Shown here: positions 40,148 through 53,587 of the stretch, piece by piece
Numbering within the stretch: position 1 is the stretch's first letter
Layout of the letters: every line of letters starts with the position of its first letter
NCBI RefSeq assembly: GCF_018350175.1
Contig: NC_058368.1
Location: 148,554,001 to 148,618,000, forward strand
DNA: 64,000 nucleotides
Direction of reading: 5' to 3'
Source of the DNA: Felis catus
Taxonomy: Eukaryota
Translations under genes and position numbers: made by a program
Notes under the pieces: generated by a model
What the model saw: the letters and a program-made list of their open reading frames with translations, nothing else
What the model was told of the DNA's origin: nothing
Database searches by the model: none

Positions 40148-41949
40148 AAAGCTACAACTTGGACAGAATGAATTCTAAGAAATTTTAGAAAGAATCATAA
40201 GGATAGTTGTAAATATATTAAAAAAAAGTTGATGACCCATAAATTACTGTGGTACATTATGTACATTACCTTCTTATTGTCTAAACAACAACAACAAAAA
40301 AGTACTGTTCATTTTTTAACTGCCTTCTGGTAGTAGATGGGATGTATTTTTAGCCAAGAGCTGTTTGGTACTAGACAAAGGCATTCAAGCTTCCTATGTA
40401 CAATAAGAAATGTATCTGTGCATATATTTGTGTATATGTACTCTTGATATGTCAGCATTCGTTTTAATCTATATTTTATATATTCACATACTTATACATA
40501 ACTGTACTTCGTACCTAGTTTTGAAAATGGTCAAATTTATAGAAGGTATACTTTATTGGATTATGATTATAAAATAATTATTTCCAGGTTTGGAAAAGGA
40601 CAGTAAAAATGTAATGCATATTTATAAAGTGTCCACTATAAATGAGATCCTTTAATTGCACTACTTTTAATATTTATAATACTAACTCAGAATATTACCT
40701 CCATTTAATTCATTCAGTATGAAACAACTAGTAAGTGGATGAAAGGGGATTTGAAATAATACATTTTCTACTTTGAGGTTATATTTACAACATAAGATTT
40801 CTTTGACTAATACAGAATATTGCTAAAAACATTTTTTTTCCTTTAAGGATTGTGGTTTCTCTGTGGAATATATATATATAACCTAACTTCCCAAAAAATG
40901 TAATTTCCTTGAGAGAAGATTATAAACTAAATGGGTTTTCATTTTAGACAAAACATCTAAGCAAGCAAAATAAGGATAGGTAATTGATTAGGTCACTAAC
41001 TGTCCTAACAAACATACTGTGTAGGTATGCTTCTTTACTATACAGAGCTTCTTAATTCATAACCAACACAATGTTGAATTTCATCTATAAAGGGACAAAT
41101 GAGGAAACTTTAACAAACATGTTATATAATATGAATACTTTTAAAATCAATTCCCACCACTTTACTTTTTCTCCAAAAAAACCCTCTGATTTGCAAAATT
41201 TAAATAGTAACTAATCACCATCTATTTGCTGCTATGAAAAATAACTAAAAGGATAATATTTTTGACCTTTTAAAATATCAAATCATATCAATGCATTTTT
41301 TCTAACCTTTCAAAAATCAAATTTGTCACACTATACTTGAGAGATAACAGAACTATAATTTCAGTTGCATTTATTGTACACGCTGCATCTCAATTCAAGA
41401 GAAAATTAGCTAACGTGGGAGTAAACACTGCCTACTGCCACCCTAACTTTAACCTCTTTTGATATATTCATCAATCTGTTAATTATTATTCATCAAAAGT
41501 TCTGCATGATTAGAGATGAGAAAAACAGGGCCAGAGAACCCACAGTAGTAGCAATAGAGACAATAGCAGTAAGATCACCAGCTGTTGCTACCCCTGCTAT
41601 AATTGATATTTATGATTCTGAAAATAACAGAGCAGCTTATAAAAAAGTAGAGAGATGTAACTTGTGGTGGATATTTTTGTGGGAGTAAGGATTTTCGTTT
41701 CTAAAAGAACGTTGGTTTTACTTAGATTGAAAGGAGAAAAACAGGTGTGAAAAATGGGTAAAATATGGTGTAGTACAGAAAGAGAAAGAACAAATTATTA
41801 AGGTGAACCACCCCAAGATAAAGGCCTTTATTAGGTTTGTTTGGCTTTATTACTACAGGACTTAGCCCTAATGGCATCAACCAAGAAATGTTAATATACT
41901 CTAAAAAGTATAGCAAAAACCTCTTACTTTACCTATATAGCATACATTA

Positions 41950-42640
41950 TTTACTGTGTTTAGTGTTATTTGGAGATCTTGATCTTTTTGAGTCTTATTT
42001 GCAAGCCCCCGCCTTTTTTTTAAGTGAATCTAGAGTGGTCTCTACTCTAGGCCTAGTTTAACCCCTCTAAAATGATGGGAATCCTTGGGAGTATCTATGA
42101 AATGCTTCATATGTGCCACAACATTTCTCCTATCTGATGGTAAATTTGAATTATTTCCAGCCCTGAGAGAGCTCAGAAAAATTTCCAGGTTATAGCTTCC
42201 TATTAATTGTCCTTTCTATGATAGTTGTTCTTTGCCTGACCCCTGGAAGTTCCACCTGGTGTATGTCAAGTTTAGTGTTCAGTCAAACACAGAAAAGACT
42301 TTCAAGCAGATTTCTGGAGCTCTTTTCCTGAATATTTCCTTTTCATCAGTACTCTGTTCACAAATTCTAGCCACCACACTCTCCCTTAAATTAAATTTAT
42401 ATCTCCTCACCTCACCAAAATTATTGGATTCTTCTTGGGTCCTCCTCCCTTTGTCAGCCAACAATGGTAAGGGCTCATCTCATTGATTTTCCTCCTCTCA
42501 GAGATCACAGTCTTGCATTGACTGTATCAAATATCTAAATGCAATGGTTGCATATATGTTGCCCAGTTTTCTAGTTGTTTAAAGTGGAAGTTCAAGTCTC
42601 AAACAATTAATCTTTCATAGATGGAAATTGCATAGATTTT
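41950..42640 (-). mobile_element. Ancient L1 5'-end fragment (L1ME/L1M-type)
   Basis: Recalled resemblance ('gcagatttctggagctc', 'caaattctagccacc', 'gggctcatctcattg...tcctctcagagatcacagtc'). Confidence 0.6.
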
Positions 42641-43145
42641 ACCCTCCTACGTCATCAACCACAGAATCTAGCAATTGTTACTGAGGGGAAACCTGGCCGT
42701 GGCCATGGTATTCATGAGAATCTCCTTGGTTTCTTTATTCTTAGCAATTACTATGCATGGATTTTATAGTCCCAAGGTCTTAGCCTTCTGCCACCACTCT
42801 GACATATTCATAGACAGTAAAGGAGCTGCACAAATCAGATAAACTTGGATTTTTTTCCTTTATCTGAGTTCTCATTAAGACCATAACTCTCCAGCTCATA
42901 TGCCTGGATTTTATTAAATGTTCTAGTTGTTTTTCTCTAAGCACTGATCCTTCATTAGCTACTCCATCCCACTTGGAAACAATAGTTCCTATCTGCATTT
43001 TCAAAAAAAAAAGTTTATATTCCTCTGTAATTGTTAAAACCATATCTATCTTCCATAAACTGTTGGACGGCTATTATAAATCTTTATGATGGTTATGCGA
43101 TCTGTCTGTTCAAAAGCTTTTACAGAAGACCACGTTAAAAAGTAA

Positions 43146-43225
43146 CACACACACAGACACAGTCGCCTGCCTCTCTCTCCATCTCTCTCTCACAGACACA
43201 CACACACATACACACACACACACAA
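43146..43225. repeat. (CA)n/(CT)n microsatellite
   Basis: Directly visible. Confidence 0.85.
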
Positions 43226-45124
43226 CATGTTTTTATTTAAACCTATGGAAAACATTGTGTATATATTTGAATGGATAATAACAACACATATAAAGAATAA
43301 TCTGTTGATTATTATACTTGTGTGAATTTGGAAAATGAAAGTAATTACTTAATATTATATATATGTGATTATATATACCTTTTATTTAACTTTTAACAAG
43401 AAGCACAATATTTTATTAAATATATATTTTTTCTTTTAAATCCAGTAAAATACATTAAATTGCAAGTAGTAAATAGCACACCCTATTACCTGTGGATGAA
43501 ATTTAAGCTTCAAAAAGTGTCACCCTCCCCCCCGACCCCCACCAAAAAAAAAGCGTCACCCAATGACTGCCTTGTGCCTGGTTAGTTTTCTCTAGTTTCA
43601 CCTCTGGTACCACTTTCTACCTCTCACTTTGCACTCTGGAAACATGGAAATAATTCTAAAGTCTTGAACTAGCATGTGAATTATCTTTCATTGTGTGCTC
43701 TATTCCAAGCCCTTTTATATGTTCGAAAGCCATCCATGCTTAGGCTAAAGTTTCCCTCCTATAGCCTTAAGTCTGTGCCACTTTTAGAAAACTTATCACT
43801 GTCAAACCTATCAGACTATTTCCCCCACCTGTATTTATGCTTCCCAGTGTGAGTAACAGTGGAGAATTTTTCTTTTCATAGTTGAAAATCATTGTGCTTA
43901 GTCTCATCTTTTGCACATATTAGGGAGGTAATGGTATGGAATTTACTTAATTTACAACAGTCAACACTTTAGTAATTCCCATGTGAATAATATCTTACTC
44001 TGATGGTAAAAGAAAAAATTAAGATGCCTTGGTATGAAGACAGTCCTGACTCCTACCCACTTGCCAGAAGAGCAACCTTTAATATATAAAATTATATTGA
44101 TATGTGGTAATTTATTTTCCTAAATTCTAATTTTCCTCCTCAGCTATGATTTAGATACTGTGAAGAATACCTCAAGATTCTATTAAGGACTCATTATAAT
44201 GGAATCATGCATTTCTTTAAAAAGCACTCAAATATAATTATGGTAAAAATTGAAAAATTGAAAAAGTAATTACACTAACATAATTACTTTGACATGATCA
44301 CATCACATTTGCGGATATAAAGATCTTTATGCAACAAAAATTTGTATGCCGTGTTTATTTTCTGAATAAATTACCAGTTTGTGTAGAACAGGTATTATTT
44401 ACATGTTGCTAAGGCCGTGCTTGTCATCAACACAGTGTATATAATCCCCTGAACAGCAATCATATTATGTAATTTTAAGTAAATTGTGTTGTAATTAATT
44501 TTTTTCCTAGCTAAGGATTTAGTTTAGAAAATACCTAGTTCTAGCCATTGCCAAGGACCTTGATCATATCAATTACCTAATATTCCAGAATATTTGAAAT
44601 TATGGGGATCTGTGGCTTATGTCCAAATTCACTGCAATAATAAACACTTTTAAAAAATTATTTTACTATATCTACCCTAGGTAGCCCACAGGATTAGGAA
44701 TAAAATCGAAATAGAAATGTTCTGTTATCACTTTTTTTAAACTTCTATTTATTTTAAGTAATGTAAACATAATATTGAAAAAATATAATTTATTTGTTTC
44801 ATTAAGCAAAATACAAGAAAAATTCATAAAATGAGCAACTTATTGTAATTGAAGAGTCAACTTACTGCAATTCTAAAATTACAGTAAAAATTGGAAATTT
44901 GGAAAATTATACCATACCTTCTTAACACAGTACCATTTTTATATTATAAAGTTATCTAAGTGTGTCAACTTTATGTATATACAATATATAACTATAGATT
45001 ACATATTTTATGTATATATGTATTACATATATGAATATGTATAAATACATACATGTTTGTACTCATATTTGTATATGTATGCGTGCTTATGTTTTTGTAA
45101 AATGCTTTATGCTAGGAGGATTTT

Positions 45125-45360
45125 AAAATACAGCATGGGATACAGAATGATTGGGTTTGGATGAGGGGTAGAGGAATTTTAGTTTTGAACATAGGCTCAT
45201 CAGAATGGCTAATTCTTGAGCAGAGACGTAAGTAATGTGAAGGAATGAGATATTAAAGGGTCTATAGAAGAATGTTATAGAAAGTAGAAAGCCTTCTGTA
45301 GAAGAGCGCTATAGAAATAGAAAGTCAGAGACAAGAATTTGCTTAGCACATTCTACAAAC
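45125..45360 (-). mobile_element. L2 fragment
   Basis: 'cttgagcagagacgtaagtaatgtgaagga' resembles antisense L2. Confidence 0.5.
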
Positions 45361-45800
45361 ATAAATAATCTTATTAAAAAATATTGTATTTCACCAGCAA
45401 AAGTTTTCTTTTTCTCTATATAGCCAGATTATTTTCTTTTTAGTTGTACTTCATGTTTCTATTTTATCAAAATCTAACTTCCTTTAGTCCCTTGAGTCCT
45501 TTTAAGTTTTCCTATGCTGCCTTCATTGATCTTCATATCACCACATTTAAAGGTGTATAAATTTAAATTCAACCTCCTAATATCTACAATCTACTTTAAC
45601 TCCAGTCTCATTAGAGATGTGTTGATTCTTTTATTCTACCTTCAAGTGTCTAAAACTACACTTTACTTAAAAGGAGAATATACACATCAATTGATGTTTT
45701 TAATGAATTCTATGATTTTAGAAAAATCACTTCATATCACTGAATTTTAATTACTCATGGTATTTTCATAAGGGAGAACAAAAATCAAAAGTCCAAATTA

Positions 45801-45998
45801 GGGGCACCTGGGTGATTCAGTTGGTTAAACCTTTAACTCTTGATTTCAACTCCGGTCTTGATCTCATGGTTAGTGATTTCGAGTCCCACATCAGGCTCTC
45901 ACTGACAGTGTGGAGCATGCTTAGGATTCTCTCTCCTACCATTCTCTGCCCCTCCCCCACTTGTATTCACCCTCTCTCAAAATAAATAAACTTAAAAC
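45801..45998 (+). mobile_element. CAN-SINE
   Basis: TSD aaaagtccaa(g)atta. Confidence 0.94.
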
Positions 45999-47039
45999 AA
46001 AAGTCCAAGATTAAAATCATATGTTTTCATTGTTCATTCTGACTGTTGGATTTAGAGGCACCATTAAAACCAAAAGTGACTAAGCAGGAAAATATTTCTT
46101 AAACAAAAAAGTTTTGTTATTTTACAATATATCTACTATTATGGGCAGTGAACGCATAATGTGTATGACAAACTTTAAGACTATATATTACTATCTTTAA
46201 AACAAATAGTTTTTTCAATCACACGTCACTCTCCAGCTATCAAGCTAACTTTCTTCATATTGCAGAACAATTCCTTAGAGGAGTTGCTTTTTCCCCCCTA
46301 ATTCTTCCATTTATAACTCTTCTTTTCTAATTAGCTCTTAGACTCACTCCATTTATGCTCTTCCTCCAACAATCTACCAAAGTGACTCCCATCTTTCTAT
46401 CCCTATCTCTATATAGATATATAGGTATATAAATATATAGATTATAGATATAGATGTAAAGTGAGATATAAAAACAAGATGAAATGACAGACAAATACAA
46501 TAAGTTTGGTAAAATTGGAAAGGATAATTATTGGAACAATATCCTTGAGTATGTGACAGACTTTACTATATAAATGAATGGTTGGCCTTAGCTAGATGCA
46601 TTATCAGTTTATTCATAGGAACAAAAGAAAAGTTCAGCATACGGTACCAGATGAAAGTAGTTTTGTAGTTCCTGTGGTGAAAATGGGTGGGGTATCATTT
46701 GATGGTTCATATTTTCTCAGATAAATAGAGTGTGATGATCGGCTGGGAGCGAGGTAGTATAAGAGTCATTAAAATTTTGAGGAAAGAAAAGAAGTGGTGA
46801 AAACCTCATCAAGGACTGTAGAAAAGTAAATAAGAAACAAAGTGTAACCTGTAAGCAACATTAAGATCTCACTGAGAGTTAGTAATAATAGACTTAAGAT
46901 GTGACCATTCAGTATGTATCTGTGACTTTCTTGAGCCACGTTGATCTATATGAGTATAGGCATGAAGGCAGAAGTGATATGGATTCAGTTAGAATTTTAG
47001 ATATCTATAATGTGTATCATTGCCTAAAAATATGAGAGT

Positions 47040-47262
47040 AATGGCTTTTTCCCAAGCACTTCACTTACATATTTTTTTAATCCTCAAAACAACCATATAA
47101 GGTTTATACCATTGTTTCTCTCCATTTTGCATGAAGAAAATGAGACACGGGCATGTTAAGAAATGTGCCAGGCCACACTGATAATAAAGGGAGAGCTGGA
47201 ATATGAATCCATGTATGTTGGCTCTGGCATTCATAACTTTTAAACTATAAGTTATGCTGCCT
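47040..47262 (-). mobile_element. MIR
   Basis: Core 'ttaatcctcaaaacaacc...ccattttgcatgaagaaaatgagacacggg...gttaag'. Confidence 0.8.
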
Positions 47263-47629
47263 AGTTCTGTATTATTATCTTGTCTTATCTTTTTTCAACT
47301 GCGTCTTCAACATCAAATTTCTAGGAATAATAGTACTGCTATGTTAGACTTGCCAAAATTCACATTATGAATCTATGTTTGCATATGGGAACCAACAGAT
47401 TGCCTACTTTGGTAATGATCTTTTGTTAAACTCAAGGACTCCTTTTTAGTATTTTTGTCAGAAGAGGTTGGATAGAATAAAATCTCAGTAATAGTTATTA
47501 ACATTTTATAAAGAATCACTGAATTTTGTAAAACTACAATATTCAAAGAAAAATTGTATAGCCCCAAAGAACTACAATATATCACTACATATTGATTTTG
47601 TGGGTACACTTGCTTAACTGATTGCTAAG

Positions 47630-48790
47630 TTGTTCCACCTCAATTTATTTTTACATTTTTATCTTCCCAACATTGGAGCATCTCAGAATTCTGTACTTGA
47701 ACCTCTTTTCTTTTTATCTTTACTTCATTCCTAGGTGATCACATTAAATTTAAGTCATTTTCTTTAACTATCATCTATATTAGCTAATCGGGTATATTAA
47801 GTCCCAATTCAAATGACTTAATACAACAAATTTTACTTTTATTTCTCATTTAGCATGCACAATGTAGGTTGATAGATTGACTCTGCTTATAGGAGATACT
47901 CAGAGACTTTAGCTCACTGTGATGAAAAGCCAACATTTTAGAATGAAGTTGTAAGGTATGCTTGCACATAGGAAGATAACTTGGAGAATTATTTCCTGAC
48001 CCTTGAATGTTTCTAATCAAAGGTGACACACATCTTTTCTGTTCCCATTTTGTTGGCTAACAGGAGTTATATAGAGACACCTAACTTGAAGTCAACAAGG
48101 GTGTATTTGTCCCTTATGTTTTGGGAGAGGAGGAAAACTAGAAAACTAGTTTTATTGGCAACCATTAGTAATCCTTATCATACACAGATAAATGATAATA
48201 ATTTATGAATTTATATATTTGGACTTGACTTATGTAACTCTTATATTCAACCACATACACAAATTCTCCAGTTGTGTGTCTAATTGGCAACTGAGTCTAA
48301 ACATACCCAAAACCAAAGGACTGACCTATCCTATTATACCTTTTCACCCCATCATCTTCTAGGTCTCCATTCTTCCTATTGCCCAGACCAAAAAGATAGA
48401 TGCCTTTCAATTTCTTCTCACACTGCATATCCAATCCACTATACTGTTGATTCTATCTCTAAAATATATCAAGAATATGATTATCAGCACCACCACTACT
48501 AGTCACTCTAATGCAAACTATGTTTATCTCAAGGGCAGCCAAAGTAATCTTTGGAAAACATAGCAATGTTTCCACATTAAAGCTAAAGTAAAAGCTAAAG
48601 ATCATAATATTTCTCATAAGGCCCCTACTTGGAACTATAGTTTTATCCCCTGTGCTTAAAAAAATTTCCTTGCAATTTTTTTTTCCTTTTCCTTCACTCC
48701 TTTCCATCCACACCAGTTTCCTTGCATTTTCTTTTACATATATGTCATGTTCCTATTTTGGGCCCTCTGAATTATTTGGTTCTCTCTGCC
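47630..48790 (+). mobile_element. L2 fragments interrupted by a MaLR LTR
   Basis: Pyrimidine-rich L2-like stretches ('ctaggtgatc', 'aaacatacccaaaaccaa'). Confidence 0.55.
47785..48182 (-). mobile_element. MaLR LTR (MLT1I/J-like)
   Basis: 'gtgacacacatc...cccattttgttggctaacaggagttatat...cacctaactt'. Confidence 0.6.
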
Positions 48791-48802
48791 TGTGGTGTCT
48801 TT

Positions 48803-49038
48803 ACAGTGGATAATTTGATAGTCACTACCTTAACAAATGACCAGGTTTAACATCGTCAATAATAAGTGGTGTTGACAGCATGTATTCTTCCTAAGAACAG
48901 TGAAAACATTATTTTGCATCTGTGGTACTTTCCCTCCAAAATCCCTAATTCCAATATAACTGTGAGAAACTAGTAGGCAAATCCAAATTGAAGGAATTAC
49001 AAAATGCCTTTCCAGTGCTTTTAAAGAGTACCAGGGCC
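48803..49038 (+). mobile_element. Old L1 3'UTR fragment (L1MC4/5-like)
   Basis: 'cactaccttaacaaatgaccaggtttaacatc...catctgtggta...caaatccaaattgaagg'. Confidence 0.65.
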
Positions 49039-49039
49039 A

Positions 49040-49236
49040 GGGGCACCTCGGTGGCTCAGTTGATTAAGCATTAGACTCTTGATTTCTGCTCAGGTTATGG
49101 TCCTGAGGTTTGTGAGGTCTAGCCCTGTGTCTGTCTCTGTACTGACAGCATGGAGCCTGCTTGGGAATCTCTCTTTCTGCCCCTTCCCTGCACTTGCTCA
49201 TTCCCTCTCTCTCTCAAAATAAATAAATAAACTTAA
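49040..49236 (+). mobile_element. CAN-SINE (host of a nested SINE)
   Basis: Head, CT tract, tail. Confidence 0.93.
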
Positions 49237-49445
49237 GGGGTGCATGGGTGGTTCATTCGGTTAAATGTCCGACTTCCGCTCAGGTCATAATCTCGTGGTT
49301 GTGAGTTTGAGTGCTGCTTTGGGCTCTGTGCTGACAGCTCTGAGCCTGGAGCCTGCTTTGGAGTTGGTGTCTCCCTCTCTCTCTGCCCTTCTCCCACTCA
49401 CAGTCTATCTCTCTCTCTCTCAAAAATAAATAAACTTAAAAAAAA
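49237..49445 (+). mobile_element. CAN-SINE inserted in the tail of the preceding SINE
   Basis: Flanked by repeated aaataaataaactt. Confidence 0.93.
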
Positions 49446-52186
49446 TAAATAAACTTTTAAAAAGCACTAAGACCATTAAAAATGTCTCAATAATAGACTG
49501 ATTATCCAGAATTATTTAGAAGCAGTATCTATCCATTTGAAGATAGTCTAAAATTATTATTTAAATCAAGATGGGCATATGTTTTATAGACATAATACAT
49601 GTACCATTTATTTACAGATATGTTTCTGTATGGATGTGTTAAGTACAACATTCAAGCACTTTGTGTTAGATTGTCAAAAAAGAGAAAATAACTGTACATT
49701 ACTAATGTAAACATACGGACGGTAAATTTGAGTTCTACTTTAAACTTTTCCAAGGGTTTCTCTATCCATCTCTCCATTTTTTCAAGAATTATCTCTGTGC
49801 ATACACAGAATTCTTGTTTTTCATTTCTTTAGACATGGAGTCACTCGTACGGTCTCATTTATTTTCTTCATATATTATATAGTAGTTTACTTGAGTGTAG
49901 AATATTTGGAATATTGTAATTTGATTCTGTTAGTTGAAGGTCAAACAAGGATAATATTTATGATATTTTTGCTTAGTGAACACTGGAGTCATAAAAAAAA
50001 TGATTTTATGGAGTGTGGAGAATGCATGGGAACAAGAGGCATACCTGCCTTGAACAAAGCACCATCTATTATTTAGTGAAATGCATTTAACAAAGTGCCA
50101 ACATTATATCACCAATAAGCAAGCATGATTAACTTCCAGGGGTTACATTTTTTATAGGTGGTAAAGTATTTCTGTCCTCTGTGCAAAGACTAGATTCCCA
50201 AAACAGTTACCCTCCATGTAAGAGATAAGTGAACTTGGATAGATGAGCTGCATTGTACATATTTAGTTAAAAATTACTCGCATTTTATGGCATTATATAA
50301 CAGAAAATTAAAACCTAAAATTATTGGTCTTGCTATGACATCATAATCAGTTGCATTATGATTATTTTATATGAAAATCAGAAAAAGTTACTTGTTACTG
50401 ATACCAGGCAATTTGTTTGTGATTTCAAGGTAAGAATTAGAAGGGGAAATAACTCACTTTCTGAGAAGCACTGAGAGAGATCATGCACTAATCCCTCAGT
50501 GATGAAAAGATGAAAAAAACATGGACTCTACTTTGAATTATTTTGTTATCCCAGAACCACAGTAATATGAACAGAGTATATAATAGAATATGATCAAATT
50601 AGTATTTAAAGCTTCAGAAGTTGAAAACAATCATCAAAGAAACTATTTATGTTACAAAAAGAGAGCCAAGATAATATGTGTACAAAAACTAAAGAAAAAG
50701 AAAAGAAACATTTCAAAGAAGGACCAAATGTTGATTTGGCTAAGTATGAACCATATGATTTATCAATATGGAGGTAATTATTGACCTGGCCAAGGGATGT
50801 TTTGGTAAAATCATGAAGTTACTGACTGAAATGAGTTCAAGAAAAAAAAATGGATAGAGAAGAATTGATGAATAAAAATATAGGAAATTTAGTGTAAAGA
50901 GAGCAGATTCATTAGGATTTATCTACAAGAGAATTCATAGGCAAGAGATAACTTTTTTATTTGAAATGGGAATTATTAAACTATCTTTGTGTGCTGCCAA
51001 AAATTAGCAGAAAAAGAACTGATGATGTTAGCCATAAGAACAGCTATTGAAATTATACACTTGAGCAGATAATGGTGCATGAGACCTGGTGGTGCATAAT
51101 TGGGGAGGTTTGCTTTACTTATCAGGAAGGGAAAATACTGACCTTTAGAAGTGTAGATATAGATAGGTGGGTGGGCATAGTAGTAGGGACATATGGAAAC
51201 TTAGGAATATCTTTCAGTGAAATAGGATGCATGGAGAAACAGATTAAGTCACAAAATAGTCATTTATGAGAGTGGGAAAGGTGGCTGTGAATGAACCAGT
51301 AAAGTATTGTGACATTGCTGGGTATCTGAAGTTAGTCCTCAAGAATACAGGTTGACAAGGAAAAGAAAAAAGAGAATACTAGATGACAAATTATGTTTCC
51401 CTCCCTCTAGCAACATTAAGGTAGGTGGCTCAAGGATAAAGTCCAAAATTGAACTTTCCAGAGTTGGGGTTTTGCTTGGAATGTATGAAAAGCTGTGAAT
51501 ATAATACTAATGAATTCTAAGGAGAGAAATGAAGACAAAAAAGGAGAATAAAAGTCAGCATAATGAGGATAGGATCAACGCTTTGTAGAAAAGGAAATAG
51601 GGAGGAAGAGGATCACAGGGTTAAACAGTCAAAGAAATGAGACATTTAGAATGATGACTCCCTGATAAAAGGAGAAACAAATGTTGTATTGAAATTGGAG
51701 ATATGTAGCAGATACTTAATACATAGTTTTAAATAAATTATGTATTAAAATAATGTTAAATATGCACAACATAAATATTTAGGTAGAAACACTAAGTTCT
51801 GTGTTATATTCACTATAATTCAGGTCTCACTGTGGTGATCTTAGGAAGAAAAGTCCTAAGAGATTTACTACTTTGAGTTACGAGGCCATTTGCTGGATCT
51901 TCTCTCTCTTACTGCCTCAATGCAGAAAAGAGGAGGTAATAACACACAGGGAGAGGAGGGTCAAGACCAAAGAAATAGGACTCTATAAACTAAGCTCCCC
52001 ATACCAACTCTGAACTCATTTTCTAAAATTCTGTACTTCACTCTCTACAGTAGCTTGCTTACCAAAATAATATATCTAACCAATATTCTCTTGGAATTCA
52101 AGTTTTACTTTTTTTCCCATTTCATTGGCATGTATATATAACAAATTTATTGTCTCATAATCAAAAGTCTTTTTGTTCTCATTTAA

Positions 52187-52400
52187 AAAAATTTTTTAGC
52201 GTTTATTTATTATTGAAAGATGGAGAGAGTCAGAGTGTGAGCATGGGAGGGGCAGAGGGAGAGGGAGACACAGAATCCGAAGCAGGCTCTGGGCTCTGAG
52301 CTGTCAGCACAGAGCCCCACACGGGGCTGGAACTCACGAACAACGAGATCATGACCTAAGCCGAAATTGGACACTTAACCGACTGAGCACCAGGCACCCC
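52187..52400 (-). mobile_element. CAN-SINE
   Basis: TSD ttttgttctcattt / ttctgttctcattt. Confidence 0.95.
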
Positions 52401-52768
52401 TTTCTGTTCTCATTTTTATTCTATCTCTTCTTCAGTAAAGAATGTGGCACAGAATAGCAAAGACGGGATAATTTTTCACCACTAACTTTTATTAAAGGCA
52501 GCTATCAATGTCAATCTAACTTTCCATGTATTTACTTCAGTGATTCTTAATAAGAAAATTAATGTAGAAAATAGCAAGAAAGTGGGTCTTATACAACACA
52601 TTTCATATTAAATACTTCCTTTTAAAACCATACACTAAATATTCTTAAAGTGGTAGGGTAAACAGGGAAAGTGGCTTTTATGTACATGATATTAGTTTTT
52701 TGCTAGTTTTTGCTATTTGTACTATTAACGAAAAAAAAAAGAAAAAAGTTCAATTCAGTATAAGCTGC

Positions 52769-53399
52769 TATCTTCATCTTCTCAAGCTGCCACAATAAAA
52801 TACTATAGATGAGTACTTTAAACAACAGAAATTTATTTTCCACAATTCTGGAGGCTAGGAAGTGTAAGTCAAGGTGCTGGCAAAGTGGGTTTTATTCTAA
52901 GACCTCTTCATCTGGCTTATAGGCAGCCAACATCTTGCTGTGTTCTCACATGACCTCTTGTTTTTTCTGCATGTGGGTAGTGGGAAGAAGATGTCTCTTT
53001 GATGCCTCTTCTTATAAGAAACTAATTCCGGGGTGCCTGGGTGGCTCAGTCGGTTAAGTGTCTGACTTCGGCTCAGGTCATGATCTCACGGTCGGTGAGT
53101 TCGAGCCCCGTGTCGGGCTCTGTGCTGACAGCTCAGAACCTGGAGCTGTTTCAGATTCTGTGTCTCCCTCTCTCTGACCCTCCCTCGTTCCTGCTCTGTC
53201 TCTCTGTGTCTCAAAAATAAATAAACCTTAAAAAAATTAAAAAAAAAAGAAACTAATTCCATCAGACTGGGGATTTTGCCCTCATGACCTCATCTAAGCC
53301 TAACTATGTCCAAAAAGACACTAAGTCTAAATGTTATCATACTGGGGTTAGGGCTTCAACATATGCGTTCTGACAGGAGACATACAGTAGTCCACAGCA
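52769..53399 (-). mobile_element. MaLR solo LTR (MLT1A-like) interrupted by a SINE
   Basis: 'aaacaacagaaatttatt...ttctggaggctaggaag...caaggtgctggca', 'ggggttagggcttcaacatatg'. Confidence 0.85.
53030..53246 (+). mobile_element. CAN-SINE
   Basis: Perfect TSD aagaaactaattcc. Confidence 0.97.
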
Positions 53400-53587
53400 T
53401 TTGCTTATAAAACTTTCAAGGCATTCAACAGGTAATATTTGATAAAACATCTGTGACTATTGAATCAGTAAGTTACCCTTTCCTTTGAAGGACAAAATTG
53501 TTCCTGACCACTGTAGAATGTCCATGTTCAGTCTTACATGGTCTGTCTTGTGCAACAATGTGAGATTTAGTTTTTAAAAACCTGACT

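Noticed and set aside
41500..41700. Non-repetitive stretch with a 60-aa ORF (possible NUMT or exon)
   Set aside because: No recognisable mitochondrial or protein motif and no convincing splice sites
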